IMG/VR virus record: IMGVR_UViG_3300009566_000067
Coordinates: 1 to 29,050 of that record
From: a virus
Lineage: Duplodnaviria; Caudoviricetes
Length of the DNA stretch: 29,050 bases
Strand: one strand, 5' to 3'
Every line of letters begins with the position of its first letter. Positions within the stretch are counted from its first letter, which is position 1. This document shows positions 1 to 9,468 of the stretch, piece by piece. A program made the position numbers and the translations under genes. Under the pieces are notes generated by a model. That model was not told the DNA's origin, ran no database searches, and was given only the letters and a program-made list of their open reading frames with translations.

Positions 1-1239
1 TTATCCGTTGAACGACGCTGAGATCGACCCGATCCGGAGATAAGCCACCATATCCAATGTTGTCATGACCATGATCATCAGCAGGAGGTTCGACGTCGGC
101 AGGTTCGCAGTCTTTGAGACGACCTTCGTCCCGTTGATGTAGAAGTCGATCTGGCCGCTCGAAGGAGCGACGATCCGAAGGGTGAACCAGGAGGCCGCCG
201 CGGCAACCCCTGTATCGGATGCCGAGAGCGTCGTACCGTCCTTGACCAAGGCGTAGATGTTCGATCCCACGGCCGAGGAATGACGGAACATGGCCAAGTG
301 CCGACTCGCCGGGTTCTCGGTGTCGGTCGTGAACGCGGCGTCGGTGAGGCCGATCCACGTCCGGACGTTAGTCAGCGTCTCGAACTGAATCCGGCAGGTG
401 ATGTCGAAGAGCTGCGCCGGCGTCACGAGGAGTGAGGAGTTCTGGGAAAGAAGCTGCTCGGTGTTACCGGCCGTGGTGTTCGTGACCAAGCGGGCATAAT
501 GCGGGATGGTCGAGGAGAAGGTCATAGAGCCCGTTCCCGACGCCAGGAGATCAATGAGCGTCTGGTGCAGGACCGAACCCGTTGCCCGGGCCGCCGCCCA
601 CCTCCTATCGGCCATGACCGGAAGGACCTCCATCAGCTGAACGAGCCGCCCTTCCTGGCCGTTGTTGTCGAGTGCGTAGAGGCGGTTGTCGGACTTGAAA
701 TAGACCTTCCCCTTGCCGCTCGCGGGGGTCGCCGGCGTCGCGATCTCCGGAAGCGTCAGGGCCCCGGTGAGCTCTTGGCCGGCCAGGACGAGGTTCGTCC
801 GATCGGACTCGAGGCTCAGGAAGTGCGTCCTGGCGGATGTCGCCCAGGTCCCCACGCCGCTCTCGATGATCCAGGCCGTCGCGCTCACGAGCCTTACGGT
901 GACATAGGCGAAGGTCTCCCCCGCCACGTTATTGACGAGAGCGCCGCCGGCCGCCCCGCCGTTGATGGTGTCGGAGTCAGCGGCGTCGATCGTGACGTTG
1001 CCGGCGCCGAGCTTTACGATCCGGAACCAGCCGCCGATCTGCGGGGTATCGACGGACGGCAGATAGACGATCCGAGCCGACGCCGAGTTGATAATGACGG
1101 TCCGGCCGAAGTCCGCCGTCGTAAGCGTCGTGTCGGCCGCCGAGCCATCGAGGTAGTCGCCCTGGGAGACGTACTTGACCAGGTTAAGGAAATCGGATCG
1201 CTTGGTCGCGTTGCCGATCGTGACATCGGGTTTCGCCAT
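1..1239 (-). CDS. Tail fiber / receptor-binding protein (412 aa)
   Basis: Last gene of the tail module. N-terminal fiber-type module (DTTLTTADFGRTVIINSAS...VYLP...GAGNVTIDAADSDTING), a second short module (TPATPASGKGKVYFKSDNRLYALD) and a beta-rich C-terminal domain resembling ConA/LamG folds (WFTLRI...IDFYINGTKV). AGGAG SD before the start. Confidence 0.7.
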   Translation of the reverse strand: MAKPDVTIGNATKRSDFLNLVKYVSQGDYLDGSAADTTLTTADFGRTVIINSASARIVYLPSVDTPQIGGWFRIVKLGAGNVTIDAADSDTINGGAAGGALVNNVAGETFAYVTVRLVSATAWIIESGVGTWATSARTHFLSLESDRTNLVLAGQELTGALTLPEIATPATPASGKGKVYFKSDNRLYALDNNGQEGRLVQLMEVLPVMADRRWAAARATGSVLHQTLIDLLASGTGSMTFSSTIPHYARLVTNTTAGNTEQLLSQNSSLLVTPAQLFDITCRIQFETLTNVRTWIGLTDAAFTTDTENPASRHLAMFRHSSAVGSNIYALVKDGTTLSASDTGVAAAASWFTLRIVAPSSGQIDFYINGTKVVSKTANLPTSNLLLMIMVMTTLDMVAYLRIGSISASFNG

Positions 1240-1248
1240 GATACTCTC

Positions 1249-3714
1249 CTACCACCACACGCTTCGATTCGCGGTCGTCCAGTCGCCGGCGACAACCAGG
1301 CCGTCCTCATCACACCAGAACCCCTGGGAGCCTTTCTCCGCATCCGTCGCGGAGGCCCAGGCCGCCGCCGTATCGGAGCACCAGATCCCGACCTGTGCGG
1401 CCCCGCCCTTGAAGTTGTCGACGACGAGCTGGCAGCGAGCCGCGCCGAGCTCCTTTGAGATCGATATGATCTGGAAGAACTGGTCGACGATCGAGCCCGA
1501 GGCTCCGGGAGCAATAGCCTTGTTGATTTTCAGGATGTCTGAGGGCTTCCGGTCGAAGAGCTTGAGCCCGTTCACCGTCAGGCCCAGCTCGATCATCGGA
1601 ATGTTCGTCAGATAGAGGATCCGCTGCTTGAGGTAGGTCGCCGAGGCCTCGTCAGTCAGCCACGTATAGAGCCGCTTATAGGCGGTCTCCTCGCCATCTA
1701 CATAGCGGGCCCGGGAATTCGTACCCTCGACGACCTCGAAGGCATCGTCATCCCCTACGGTATCAAGGCCCTGCTGGTCGGCCGTCGCCGGCGTGGGATT
1801 GAAGTAGACCTGGACGCCGGCGAAAAGCTTCTCGGCCGGCGCCCTCTGCTCGAACTCCGCGATCTCCTGCGTCTCGATCACGGCATCCTCGGTGTAAAGC
1901 GGAGAAAAGGCGTCGAACGAGATCCGTCCGTCGAGCTCCTGGTAGACGATTCCGAGGACTGAGCGCTCGATCTCGTTGATATAGGTCGAGAGGTTCTTCC
2001 TGTTTCGAATGTACTTGCCCAGGACGTACTCACCGAGCGCAGACTTGGCCGCCGCAAAGGCCGCCGTGTTGAGCTGCGTCGAGGCGAGGCCCAGGATCTC
2101 GAGGAGAAGGAACCGGATGATGTCCGAGGCATTGGTCATGAGGTCCGTCGAGGTCTCCCCCGTGATATCGGAGAGGACGGCGCCCTGTGCCGTGCAGGAG
2201 ATCTCGCCGGTCGGCGTATAGGACACGAACGTGAACTTGCAGTTGACGAGGTCCACGACGTAGCTCGACGCGCTCACCAGGACGCCGGCGTCGTAGACAG
2301 CCTCCACGGCCCTGAGCGTCTGATAGTCCGGATCGGCGATCGTCCACTCGGTCGCGTCGGCCGGCGCGGTGTTGGTACAGAGCGGCCGGATCCCGGTGAC
2401 GCGGCCGAAGAGGAGCGGCAGGGGCTTGCCCCGTGCATCCTCCTTGACCCCGTCGCCGAAACAGGGATTGACCGGGACCTGGCGTGACAGGAGCTCGAGC
2501 CAGTTGACGGTGTCGAACCGGACCTTGGATGCGGCCCATTTCTCGTCCTTGACGTAGCCGGAGTAGATCGTGGCGTACTCCGTGAGCGGCAGATCCTCTC
2601 CCCCGTGGAGGATCTCGACGGCTGCATTCTTCCACGACCAGGTCGTCCAGATGTAGTCGAAGAACCTCTTTGAGTTCAGGAGCTCGAGTGCGAGGTCTCC
2701 GCAGGCAAGCCCCCCGCCGGTGAGGAAGTCCGATTCCTCAGAGTCGATCGTCCCGAGCGCGGAAGCATCGAGGAGCGGCTCGTAGTAGACGCCGTCGAAG
2801 ATCTTCCCCTTTGCGTTCTTGCCGAGCCCCGAGGCGATGTGCAGCCTGAAGAAGGCGACGATATAGATCGACTCCCGGTCGGCCGCGAGGTCGTCCATGC
2901 AACGGATGTAGAGCTTCTTGGCCGTCGCGTCGTAATAGTAGCTTCCGGCAGCCGCGTCTACCGCAGCGCTCGAGACCTGGAGCATAAGCGGCGCCCCGTT
3001 CTGCTCGACTGCCGTGAGCGCCCTGTAGGTCGTCCCGTATGAGCCCATCGAGGGAAGGTCGTTCCAGTCGATCTCATAGGTATAGGTGAGGCTCGCCGTC
3101 TTCGTCCAGCCCCGCAGCTGCTCCTTCGGCGTGATGCGGAGAAGGAGGTCGCGTTGGCATCCCGGCGAGGATGCGACGAGGTCCTTATAGGTCGCGGGGC
3201 CGAGTTCCTCGAGGTAAGCGTCGTCGATGTAGAAGGACGACGAAGCGGCGGCCTTGTTGAACACGCCCCAGAGCATGTTGAGGTTATCGGGAGCAGCCGG
3301 CGTCTTGAAGATGAAGGAGTGCCGGACCCAGGCCCCAGCGCTGTCCAGGCCCCCCGAGTAGTCGTAGTCATAGGAACCGCCATTTGGCTGCCAGCTCCCA
3401 TCGTCCTGAAGGTACTTGTTATACCCCCCGATCATGATCCTTGCGAACCCGGCGACAGTCTTGCCTGCGGCCGTCCGATACCACATCGTCGCACGATACC
3501 AGGTCGCGGGCTTGACGACCCGGATCTGATAGAGCTCGGCCCATCCGTTCGACGCATCGACGTCGCCGCGGATGCAGTACGCCCCAGAATGGACTACAGT
3601 GCCCTCACGGTTAAGGGTCGATGAGCCGGTCAGAAGCTTGATCCAATTGGTAGGGTTCGTCGCAGACGACCAGACTTCGAAGCCGCCATCGACAAGAAGG
3701 TTCGGCCCCGGCAT
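1249..3714 (-). CDS. Tail tip / baseplate hub protein with N-terminal CBM4/9-like carbohydrate-binding domain (821 aa)
   Basis: N-terminus NLLVDGGFE...W...VHSG...YQ...VKPATWY...FKTP...FYIDDAYLEE matches the CBM_4_9-like pattern. GKPLPLLFGRV and NASDIIRFLL motifs are typical of siphophage tail-tip proteins. Second gene after the tape measure. Confidence 0.7.
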   Translation of the reverse strand: MPGPNLLVDGGFEVWSSATNPTNWIKLLTGSSTLNREGTVVHSGAYCIRGDVDASNGWAELYQIRVVKPATWYRATMWYRTAAGKTVAGFARIMIGGYNKYLQDDGSWQPNGGSYDYDYSGGLDSAGAWVRHSFIFKTPAAPDNLNMLWGVFNKAAASSSFYIDDAYLEELGPATYKDLVASSPGCQRDLLLRITPKEQLRGWTKTASLTYTYEIDWNDLPSMGSYGTTYRALTAVEQNGAPLMLQVSSAAVDAAAGSYYYDATAKKLYIRCMDDLAADRESIYIVAFFRLHIASGLGKNAKGKIFDGVYYEPLLDASALGTIDSEESDFLTGGGLACGDLALELLNSKRFFDYIWTTWSWKNAAVEILHGGEDLPLTEYATIYSGYVKDEKWAASKVRFDTVNWLELLSRQVPVNPCFGDGVKEDARGKPLPLLFGRVTGIRPLCTNTAPADATEWTIADPDYQTLRAVEAVYDAGVLVSASSYVVDLVNCKFTFVSYTPTGEISCTAQGAVLSDITGETSTDLMTNASDIIRFLLLEILGLASTQLNTAAFAAAKSALGEYVLGKYIRNRKNLSTYINEIERSVLGIVYQELDGRISFDAFSPLYTEDAVIETQEIAEFEQRAPAEKLFAGVQVYFNPTPATADQQGLDTVGDDDAFEVVEGTNSRARYVDGEETAYKRLYTWLTDEASATYLKQRILYLTNIPMIELGLTVNGLKLFDRKPSDILKINKAIAPGASGSIVDQFFQIISISKELGAARCQLVVDNFKGGAAQVGIWCSDTAAAWASATDAEKGSQGFWCDEDGLVVAGDWTTANRSVWW

Positions 3715-4464
3715 CTACAGGACCTCCCTCATGGTGAGGGCCGCACTCCGCCGCTTCATGTAGATATAGCCGTACTCGGGGAGCTCCTCGAGCCGGACAT
3801 ACGCGGTGAGGTCGTGCGCGCCATCCGTCTCAATCTCGTTGCCGTAGTCGGCGATAACCCAGAGGTATTCCTTGAGCCCCACGGCTTTGACCAAATTCTC
3901 GATCTCGTCTGGGAGCACATTCGACCAACCGAACGTGTAGACGTGATAGGAGGACTTATCCTCGAAGGCTTCGGCGCCGTCGGTCGATTCCGAGATGACG
4001 GTCGGGTCGACGAGGCGTCGGGTGTGGGAGGAGAAGTTCCGTTCCGGAGACGGGGCGGTACCGATGTAGACCCGGCCGATCGAGATATAGCCGTCCGGGT
4101 TCGCGGGGTCGGCGAATGTGAACCTCCACCAGCGGAAGGTCTGGTTCGCGGTCCAGAGATAGAGGATATCCCTGGCGTTCCAGGTCATCGTGACATCTAC
4201 GCTCGGCGCCGTCCAGACGTCGGTCGCATTGGCCTGGACATGGACCGTCGCGCCCGACGTCAGGTTGTGGCCGGTGATGATGGCCGCCAGGACCGCTTTG
4301 GCCGAGCCCAGGTCGAACTTCAGCCATTCCGACGTGCAGCCGGTCGCCCGCCAGGGCTTCGAACGCCAAGCGCTCTGGACGTTCGCGGCCGGGAGCGTTG
4401 CGACCGCCGAGTAGGCTGAGACAATACCGGAGTCCGCATAATTCGTGTAGCAGAAACGGATCAT
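3715..4464 (-). CDS. Distal tail (Dit-like) protein with galactose-binding-like fold (249 aa)
   Basis: Directly follows the tape measure (ATGA overlap). Motifs WLKFDLGSA, IITGHNLT and RWWRFTF...GYISIGRVYIG. Confidence 0.6.
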   Translation of the reverse strand: MIRFCYTNYADSGIVSAYSAVATLPAANVQSAWRSKPWRATGCTSEWLKFDLGSAKAVLAAIITGHNLTSGATVHVQANATDVWTAPSVDVTMTWNARDILYLWTANQTFRWWRFTFADPANPDGYISIGRVYIGTAPSPERNFSSHTRRLVDPTVISESTDGAEAFEDKSSYHVYTFGWSNVLPDEIENLVKAVGLKEYLWVIADYGNEIETDGAHDLTAYVRLEELPEYGYIYMKRRSAALTMREVL

Positions 4465-6410
4465 GCCTCACTCCTCACGAGCGTCCGGACGTTCATCCCG
4501 CCACGGCCGCGGCTCGAAAGCTTGCTGATCGACGGGAGCAGGGCTCGGCCGACCTGTTGGCTGTCGAGGTAGAGGTTGATGATGGCGGGGGACGTCGCCG
4601 CATCTGCGCCCCTGGCTGCCGCGGCTTCCCTCGCCGCGGCCGGGGCTGTGGCCTGCGCCATCTGGACAATCTGGATAAGCTTCTTTTCAGGAAGCACGTA
4701 TTCGGTCCCGTGGCCGATCTCGGCAATCGTAGGCTTGGTGAAAACCCCGCCCTGCTCGAACTTCAGGATCTTCGAGAACAGGGCGTTGATGATGGCGAAC
4801 GATCCAGCCGCGACGGGCAAAGCTATGAACCAGGGCATCGAGCCAAAGATGCTGGCCAAGGCTCCTGATTGAGCCTCGCTCTGCTTGGCCGTCTTGACGA
4901 CCTTCGACTCCCAGATGTACTTGAGGACCATCGCCTCGATCCCGCTGATGGCCGATTTGACGAAGTTGGAGAAGACTTTGCCGACGTTGTCCACGACCGT
5001 CGCATTGGCGTCCCCGAAAGAAACGAGGCCGGCCGTCATCGATTGCATGGCCGCGTCCCAGACCGAGGCCATCCCCTCTGCCTCGGTCTTCGCGTCGGCC
5101 GTCCCAGTCTTGATACCTTCAAAGAGGCCCGGGACCTTCTCGGTGAAGTTCACGACCTGGCCGGTCATCCCGCCGATCATGTCGCCGAGGGAGCCCAGGT
5201 TGTCGTTGACGGGGGCAGATATCGACACAGAGCCGAGCATCCGGAGCCAGCGGATCTCCCGCTCGAGGGCCTCGTCTGACTCGGAGAGCTTGACGTTCAG
5301 ATCCTTGGTTGCCTCCGTGTGCGATCGTGTCCCTTTCTCGGCCGCCGCCCAGCCATCCTTAAGGGCCTTCAGTTTCGCGACGGTCCCCGCCCGCTCCTTG
5401 TTCCATTCCGCCTCGAGCTCCTTGCCGTAGGCCCCCTCCCCGATAAGCTTAATGAGCGTCTCGTAGTTGTAGTTGTAGAGGGTCGCCAGGTTCCGGACGT
5501 ACTCCTGCGTTCGGCCGGCCCGGGCCGTGATTAGGAAGAAGGTGTCTGCATAGACCTCATTCGTCTTCGCGTTTCGGGCAGCCCGCCCGTCGACGTCCTC
5601 AAGCTGCTGGTTGAGACCGGCCAGTTTGGCGACCAGATTGCCGACGGCCTGGGCCCCGGCCGAGATCGCCGGGAGGAAGGCATTCCCGAGCTTCTCCTTG
5701 GCGTCAGAGATCGTGTTCCTCATCTGGGCCAGGCTTCCCTCGGCCGTATTGGTCTGGGCCGTGGCCCGCTGGAAGAGCCCCTCGAGCTTCTCCATCAACG
5801 CGGCCCGCTTCTCCTCGAGCGGCAGGGTCTCATCGACCTTGATGCCATAGCGCTGAAGGGCCTGGAAGTTGCCCTCCATAGCCTTCGTAACCATCATCGC
5901 CGCCGAGTCGAGGTCGATCCCCAGGGCGGAGGCCAGGCCGATCGTGCTCCGTGTCGCCTTCTTGATCCCATCCTCGTCCAGGTCGGTCATCTGGGCCAGG
6001 AGCGTCTCGGTCTTCTTGATGGCCTCGTCGTCATAGATAGTCTTCCGCTGGAGCTCTGAGGCGTACGCGGAGAGATCTTCCGCCAGACCCGGGACGGTCC
6101 GTCCCGTGATCTCGAGCGCAGAGTTGAGCGCGGTGTCGACCCGCTCAGCCTCCATCGCAGCCTCGGCCACGCTGCGGAGTTGGTCCCCAACGAACCTGAT
6201 GCTCGCCTTGATGACGTCCGCAGCCAGGGATGCAGCAGTGAAAGACGGGATCAGGCGCCCGGAGAGCTCCTGGCCGAAGGACTGGCCCTTGCCCCGTGCG
6301 CCCTCGGTTTCCTTGCCGAGCTTCTCCAAGGCCTGGTCGAACGTATCGATGCTCTTCTGCGCCCCGGTCGAGTCGACGGTGATGACATATCTGATGTCGC
6401 CGGTCGCCAT
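4461..6410 (-). CDS. Tape measure protein (649 aa)
   Basis: Ala/Leu-rich helical protein after the tail chaperones. Motifs SELQRKTIYDDEAI, GNFQALQRYGI and DAKEKLG, with C-terminal FEQGGVFTKPTIAEIG...EYVLP. Confidence 0.9.
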   Translation of the reverse strand: MATGDIRYVITVDSTGAQKSIDTFDQALEKLGKETEGARGKGQSFGQELSGRLIPSFTAASLAADVIKASIRFVGDQLRSVAEAAMEAERVDTALNSALEITGRTVPGLAEDLSAYASELQRKTIYDDEAIKKTETLLAQMTDLDEDGIKKATRSTIGLASALGIDLDSAAMMVTKAMEGNFQALQRYGIKVDETLPLEEKRAALMEKLEGLFQRATAQTNTAEGSLAQMRNTISDAKEKLGNAFLPAISAGAQAVGNLVAKLAGLNQQLEDVDGRAARNAKTNEVYADTFFLITARAGRTQEYVRNLATLYNYNYETLIKLIGEGAYGKELEAEWNKERAGTVAKLKALKDGWAAAEKGTRSHTEATKDLNVKLSESDEALEREIRWLRMLGSVSISAPVNDNLGSLGDMIGGMTGQVVNFTEKVPGLFEGIKTGTADAKTEAEGMASVWDAAMQSMTAGLVSFGDANATVVDNVGKVFSNFVKSAISGIEAMVLKYIWESKVVKTAKQSEAQSGALASIFGSMPWFIALPVAAGSFAIINALFSKILKFEQGGVFTKPTIAEIGHGTEYVLPEKKLIQIVQMAQATAPAAAREAAAARGADAATSPAIINLYLDSQQVGRALLPSISKLSSRGRGGMNVRTLVRSEA

Positions 6411-6411
6411 A

Positions 6412-7118
6412 TTAACCCTCCCGGTTTGCCTTTCCGGCCTTGGCCTTCTCCAGGCTCACGCGCTCAAACGTCTCATAGATGAGCCCCGCGGCTCGGACGA
6501 AGAACGATTTGGCCGGCCCCTTCAGCTCCTCCTCGAGGATGAACGGGCCGAGCGCGCCGGAGGCCAGGGTGAAGCCGTTGACGTTCTCCTGGTACCAGTT
6601 CCAGCACGCGATCTCGAACGCGCTCATCCTCTCCCCTGCCTCCTCCATCCGGCAGTTATCGCATCCCCCTGTGTCCTCCCCTACCTCGTGCCGGTGATCC
6701 TCCGGCCGGAGGAGCCGCGGCCAGGATCCCTCGTAGAGCTCGAGGTAGCGGATCAGTTTTTTAGGAAGTTCCCCTCGTTCTGGACGAACTCGAAGAGCGC
6801 GATCCCGAGCAAGACGCCGTCCGGGATAATCTCCTTGCCGGCCGCATCGCGCTTCGCCTTGATCGGGAGTGCGACGAGCTGCGGCAGGAGCTTGCCCTTT
6901 GTCGCGGCGTCGCACTCCCAGGGCGTCCCGTCGTCATGGGCAAGGTTCCAGGCTACGATCGCTTCGGCCAGAAAGACACGGACCTTGTCGCTCAGCTTCA
7001 TCCAGCGGTGGTCGAGGGCGATCCGGTCCTTGGCCACGTACTCGACCTCGAACCGGAGCTCCCCTGCGGCGGTCTCGAACGTGACCTCCGCCGTGGGCTT
7101 GATCTCTTTCAGTTCCAC
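6412..7118 (-). CDS. Tail assembly chaperone, long frameshifted form (gpGT-like)
   Basis: A -1 slip at A-AAA-AAC (6756-6762) joins the 6753-7118 ORF to the frame reading KLIRYLELYEGSW...KANREG, which ends 1 nt before the tape measure start. Confidence 0.8.
6753..7118 (-). CDS. Tail assembly chaperone, short form (gpG-like, 121 aa)
   Basis: Lies between tail tube and tape measure. GTG start with AGGAGG SD, an AIVAWNL...DG motif, and it ends CTA AAA AAC TGA. Confidence 0.8.
   Translation of the reverse strand: MELKEIKPTAEVTFETAAGELRFEVEYVAKDRIALDHRWMKLSDKVRVFLAEAIVAWNLAHDDGTPWECDAATKGKLLPQLVALPIKAKRDAAGKEIIPDGVLLGIALFEFVQNEGNFLKN
6756..6762 (-). other. Programmed -1 ribosomal frameshift slippery heptamer A AAA AAC
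   Basis: X XXY YYZ heptamer in the correct phase immediately before the TGA of the short chaperone. The -1 frame stays open to 6412. Confidence 0.85.
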
Positions 7119-7127
7119 GGCTCCTCC

Positions 7128-8168
7128 TTACGCCAGCAGCGACGTCGCCCGGGTGTTCATCAGGTCGGCATAGACGGGGAGCGTCAGGCCGGTCATGGCC
7201 GTGGGGGCGGCGTCCGCCTCGAGACCGCGGAGGATGACCTTGGCCGGAATGATCTTCGAGTCGGCGAATTCGACGTCCTCGATGACGAGCCGCGGCAGCT
7301 GGAACTTCTTGTAGTAGTAATAGGTCGAGGCGATCAGGGGACCGGTGATTACCACGTCGGCCTTGTACTCGCTCGCGGCCGCCCATGCGGCGAACCACGC
7401 GGCGTTGACCGCGTCCATCCGGGCGAACTCCATCGTGAGTTTCACCTTCGGCTTCGCGTTCTCGAGGGATTCGATGATGGCCTGGCTCCCGGCAACATGC
7501 TCCCCGTCGAAGGAGCGCTCGATCTCCAGATTGAACGCCTTGGGTTTAAGCACGTCCGTCGGTGTCGCGAGGCCGGCGCCCGCCTGAGCATTCATGCGAA
7601 AGACCGCCTGGTAGGCCTTCGCCCGATGGTGGGCGTTGGCCGGGACCGTGACCGAGGACATGGACGTGATCACGGAGGAGTTGTCGATGACCCGCGAGCC
7701 CCGGACCGAATAGCTCGACCGGATGAGTCCGTTGTTGAACGAGAAGGCGCCCTTCATGACCTTGATCGACGGCACGACGTGGATCTTCGTCCCCTTCTCC
7801 GTCGCGTAGGTCGCGAACAGGCCGGCGACCGAGTCCTTCAGGGACAGCGCGTGGAGATAGGCCGACGTCGCGGCCTGCTGCGCCGGTGCCGCGGTGGTCC
7901 CCATGAGAAGCGCGAGGAGGATATTCTCCAGGCCGTCATAGCGATCGTCGAAGTCGAGCTGAAAGTCTGAGGGGTTGATGTTGCCGACATCCAGGTTCTT
8001 CGCGTGCGCCGTGGCCGACTCGTCCTCGAGCATGGCCACCCCGAGCTTCGGGACGCCCGGGTTCAGGACATAGATCCCGTTGCCGGCGCCGTTGACGTCG
8101 ACCTCGGTATCCCAAGTCGTGCCCTTCTTGATGGCTGTCTTATTCAGCCTGCTTTCCACATCGCCCAT
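7128..8168 (-). CDS. Major tail tube protein (346 aa)
   Basis: Lies between the neck genes and the chaperones. Beta-rich, strong AGGAGG SD. No sheath gene is present, so the tail is non-contractile. Confidence 0.8.
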   Translation of the reverse strand: MGDVESRLNKTAIKKGTTWDTEVDVNGAGNGIYVLNPGVPKLGVAMLEDESATAHAKNLDVGNINPSDFQLDFDDRYDGLENILLALLMGTTAAPAQQAATSAYLHALSLKDSVAGLFATYATEKGTKIHVVPSIKVMKGAFSFNNGLIRSSYSVRGSRVIDNSSVITSMSSVTVPANAHHRAKAYQAVFRMNAQAGAGLATPTDVLKPKAFNLEIERSFDGEHVAGSQAIIESLENAKPKVKLTMEFARMDAVNAAWFAAWAAASEYKADVVITGPLIASTYYYYKKFQLPRLVIEDVEFADSKIIPAKVILRGLEADAAPTAMTGLTLPVYADLMNTRATSLLA

Positions 8169-8180
8169 GTTGTCCTCCTG

Positions 8181-8363
8181 TTATTCCTCGCCGTCTGCCT
8201 TGCGGACGGTCTTCTTCGCCTTCACTTCCTCGGCGTCGCCATCCCGGATCCAGACCTTCGCGGCTTCGTCGGGGATCCCGAGAGCGGCCGTGTCGACGAC
8301 GTCGCCTGGCTTCACGGTGATCCGATCCAGGTGCTGGGCCGACCCTCGCCATCTGATGACCAT
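8181..8363 (-). CDS. Small virion-associated hypothetical protein (60 aa)
   Basis: AGGAGG SD; fills the gap between tail terminator and tail tube. VKPGDVVD...WIRDGDAEEV resembles small phage neck-region proteins. Confidence 0.65.
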   Translation of the reverse strand: MVIRWRGSAQHLDRITVKPGDVVDTAALGIPDEAAKVWIRDGDAEEVKAKKTVRKADGEE

Positions 8364-8372
8364 GTGCTCCTC

Positions 8373-8846
8373 CTATGCTCCGAACGGATCCCCGGCAACC
8401 TGGACCAGGAACCTCTGCTCGAAATAGCCGAAGCCAGCTGAAAGGTTCTCTCCCTCGTCCGTCAGGCTCGTGCCCAGGCGCACGTAGACCGTGAGCGTTC
8501 CCAGGGCCCCGACAGTCGCCCCGTCCCGGGCGTCCTTGTCGATGGCCTTGCGGATGTCGGCGATCGAGTGCTCCATCGCCTCGACGAGGTCCGTGTGGCT
8601 TTGGACGCTGCCCTTCACGATGACCTCGAACTCCTCGACATACTCCCCATTCGTCTCCTCGGGTTCCCGGCCCTGGCCGATGAAGACACCGTAGACCGGG
8701 AAGGCCACAGCCTCTCGGTCGCCGATGTGCCGGCGGACGACCATGCCGGGCTTCTTCCAGAAGTCGCTGCCGACGGTGATCGCCTTGAGGATCGCCACGA
8801 AGCGGTCAACGACCTGGAGGCGCAGGGGCTTCGTCGAGGGGGCCAT
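8373..8846 (-). CDS. Tail terminator protein (gpU / SPP1 gp17-like, 157 aa)
   Basis: Size and position before the tail tube. N-terminal LRLQVVDRFVAILKAI helix and FPVYGVF motif. Confidence 0.65.
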   Translation of the reverse strand: MAPSTKPLRLQVVDRFVAILKAITVGSDFWKKPGMVVRRHIGDREAVAFPVYGVFIGQGREPEETNGEYVEEFEVIVKGSVQSHTDLVEAMEHSIADIRKAIDKDARDGATVGALGTLTVYVRLGTSLTDEGENLSAGFGYFEQRFLVQVAGDPFGA

Positions 8847-8847
8847 G

Positions 8848-9468
8848 TCAGTTCACTCCCTCGCTGCCTGAGCCGGCCATCTCCTCGGCCTTCCGGAGGA
8901 TCGCGGTGTCGAGCATCATCTCCGAGAGGACAGGGCGGCGTTCATCGATTACCCGGGAGAACCAGCGGGAGGCCGGAACCTTGACGTCGAGCTTCGACTT
9001 CTTCGTGAGGGCGATGCCGAGATACTTGTTACCGACGGCGTGATAGGTCTCCGCGGCACCGCGTTTTGCGGCTCCTCGAAGGCCCAGGCCACGGATCTCG
9101 GCGCGGAACTCCTTCCGGTACATGAACCAGGCCCATTTCCGCATCTTTGGGGTCACTGTGGGATGGGTCACGCCGCCCTCGTCCTGGATCTTGGCGTACT
9201 TCGACGAGACGCCGGAGGCCATGAGGTTCGTCCCCACCGAAGCCCTGTAGAACTCGCCGCTCAGATCAACGGCAAAGGAGACGCTCCGCGCGAGCTGGCC
9301 GGTCTTTTTGCCTGTGCCGCTCTTCTGGAGCTCCGCCGCCGAACGCTTGAGCTCCTTGACGGTCTCGGCTGCCCAGATGGAAAGCAGCTTCCTGGCCGCC
9401 TTCGGGATGGAGTGCAGCGTCAGCGTCTTTTTGAGCGCCCCGGTGAAGTCGGCTTGGAGCGTCGTCAT
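8848..9468 (-). CDS. Tail completion / virion morphogenesis protein (HK97 gp10 / Mu gpG-like, 206 aa)
   Basis: Start re-called at MTTLQADF (9468; ATGA overlap with the upstream stop). Motifs KTGQLARS, VGTN...YAKIQDEGG and KVPASRWF. Confidence 0.7.
   Translation of the reverse strand: MTTLQADFTGALKKTLTLHSIPKAARKLLSIWAAETVKELKRSAAELQKSGTGKKTGQLARSVSFAVDLSGEFYRASVGTNLMASGVSSKYAKIQDEGGVTHPTVTPKMRKWAWFMYRKEFRAEIRGLGLRGAAKRGAAETYHAVGNKYLGIALTKKSKLDVKVPASRWFSRVIDERRPVLSEMMLDTAILRKAEEMAGSGSEGVN

Noticed and set aside
1-1239. Tail fiber as a diversity-generating retroelement target
   Set aside because: No reverse transcriptase or template/variable repeat pair is visible. Sequence left of the window cannot be assessed.
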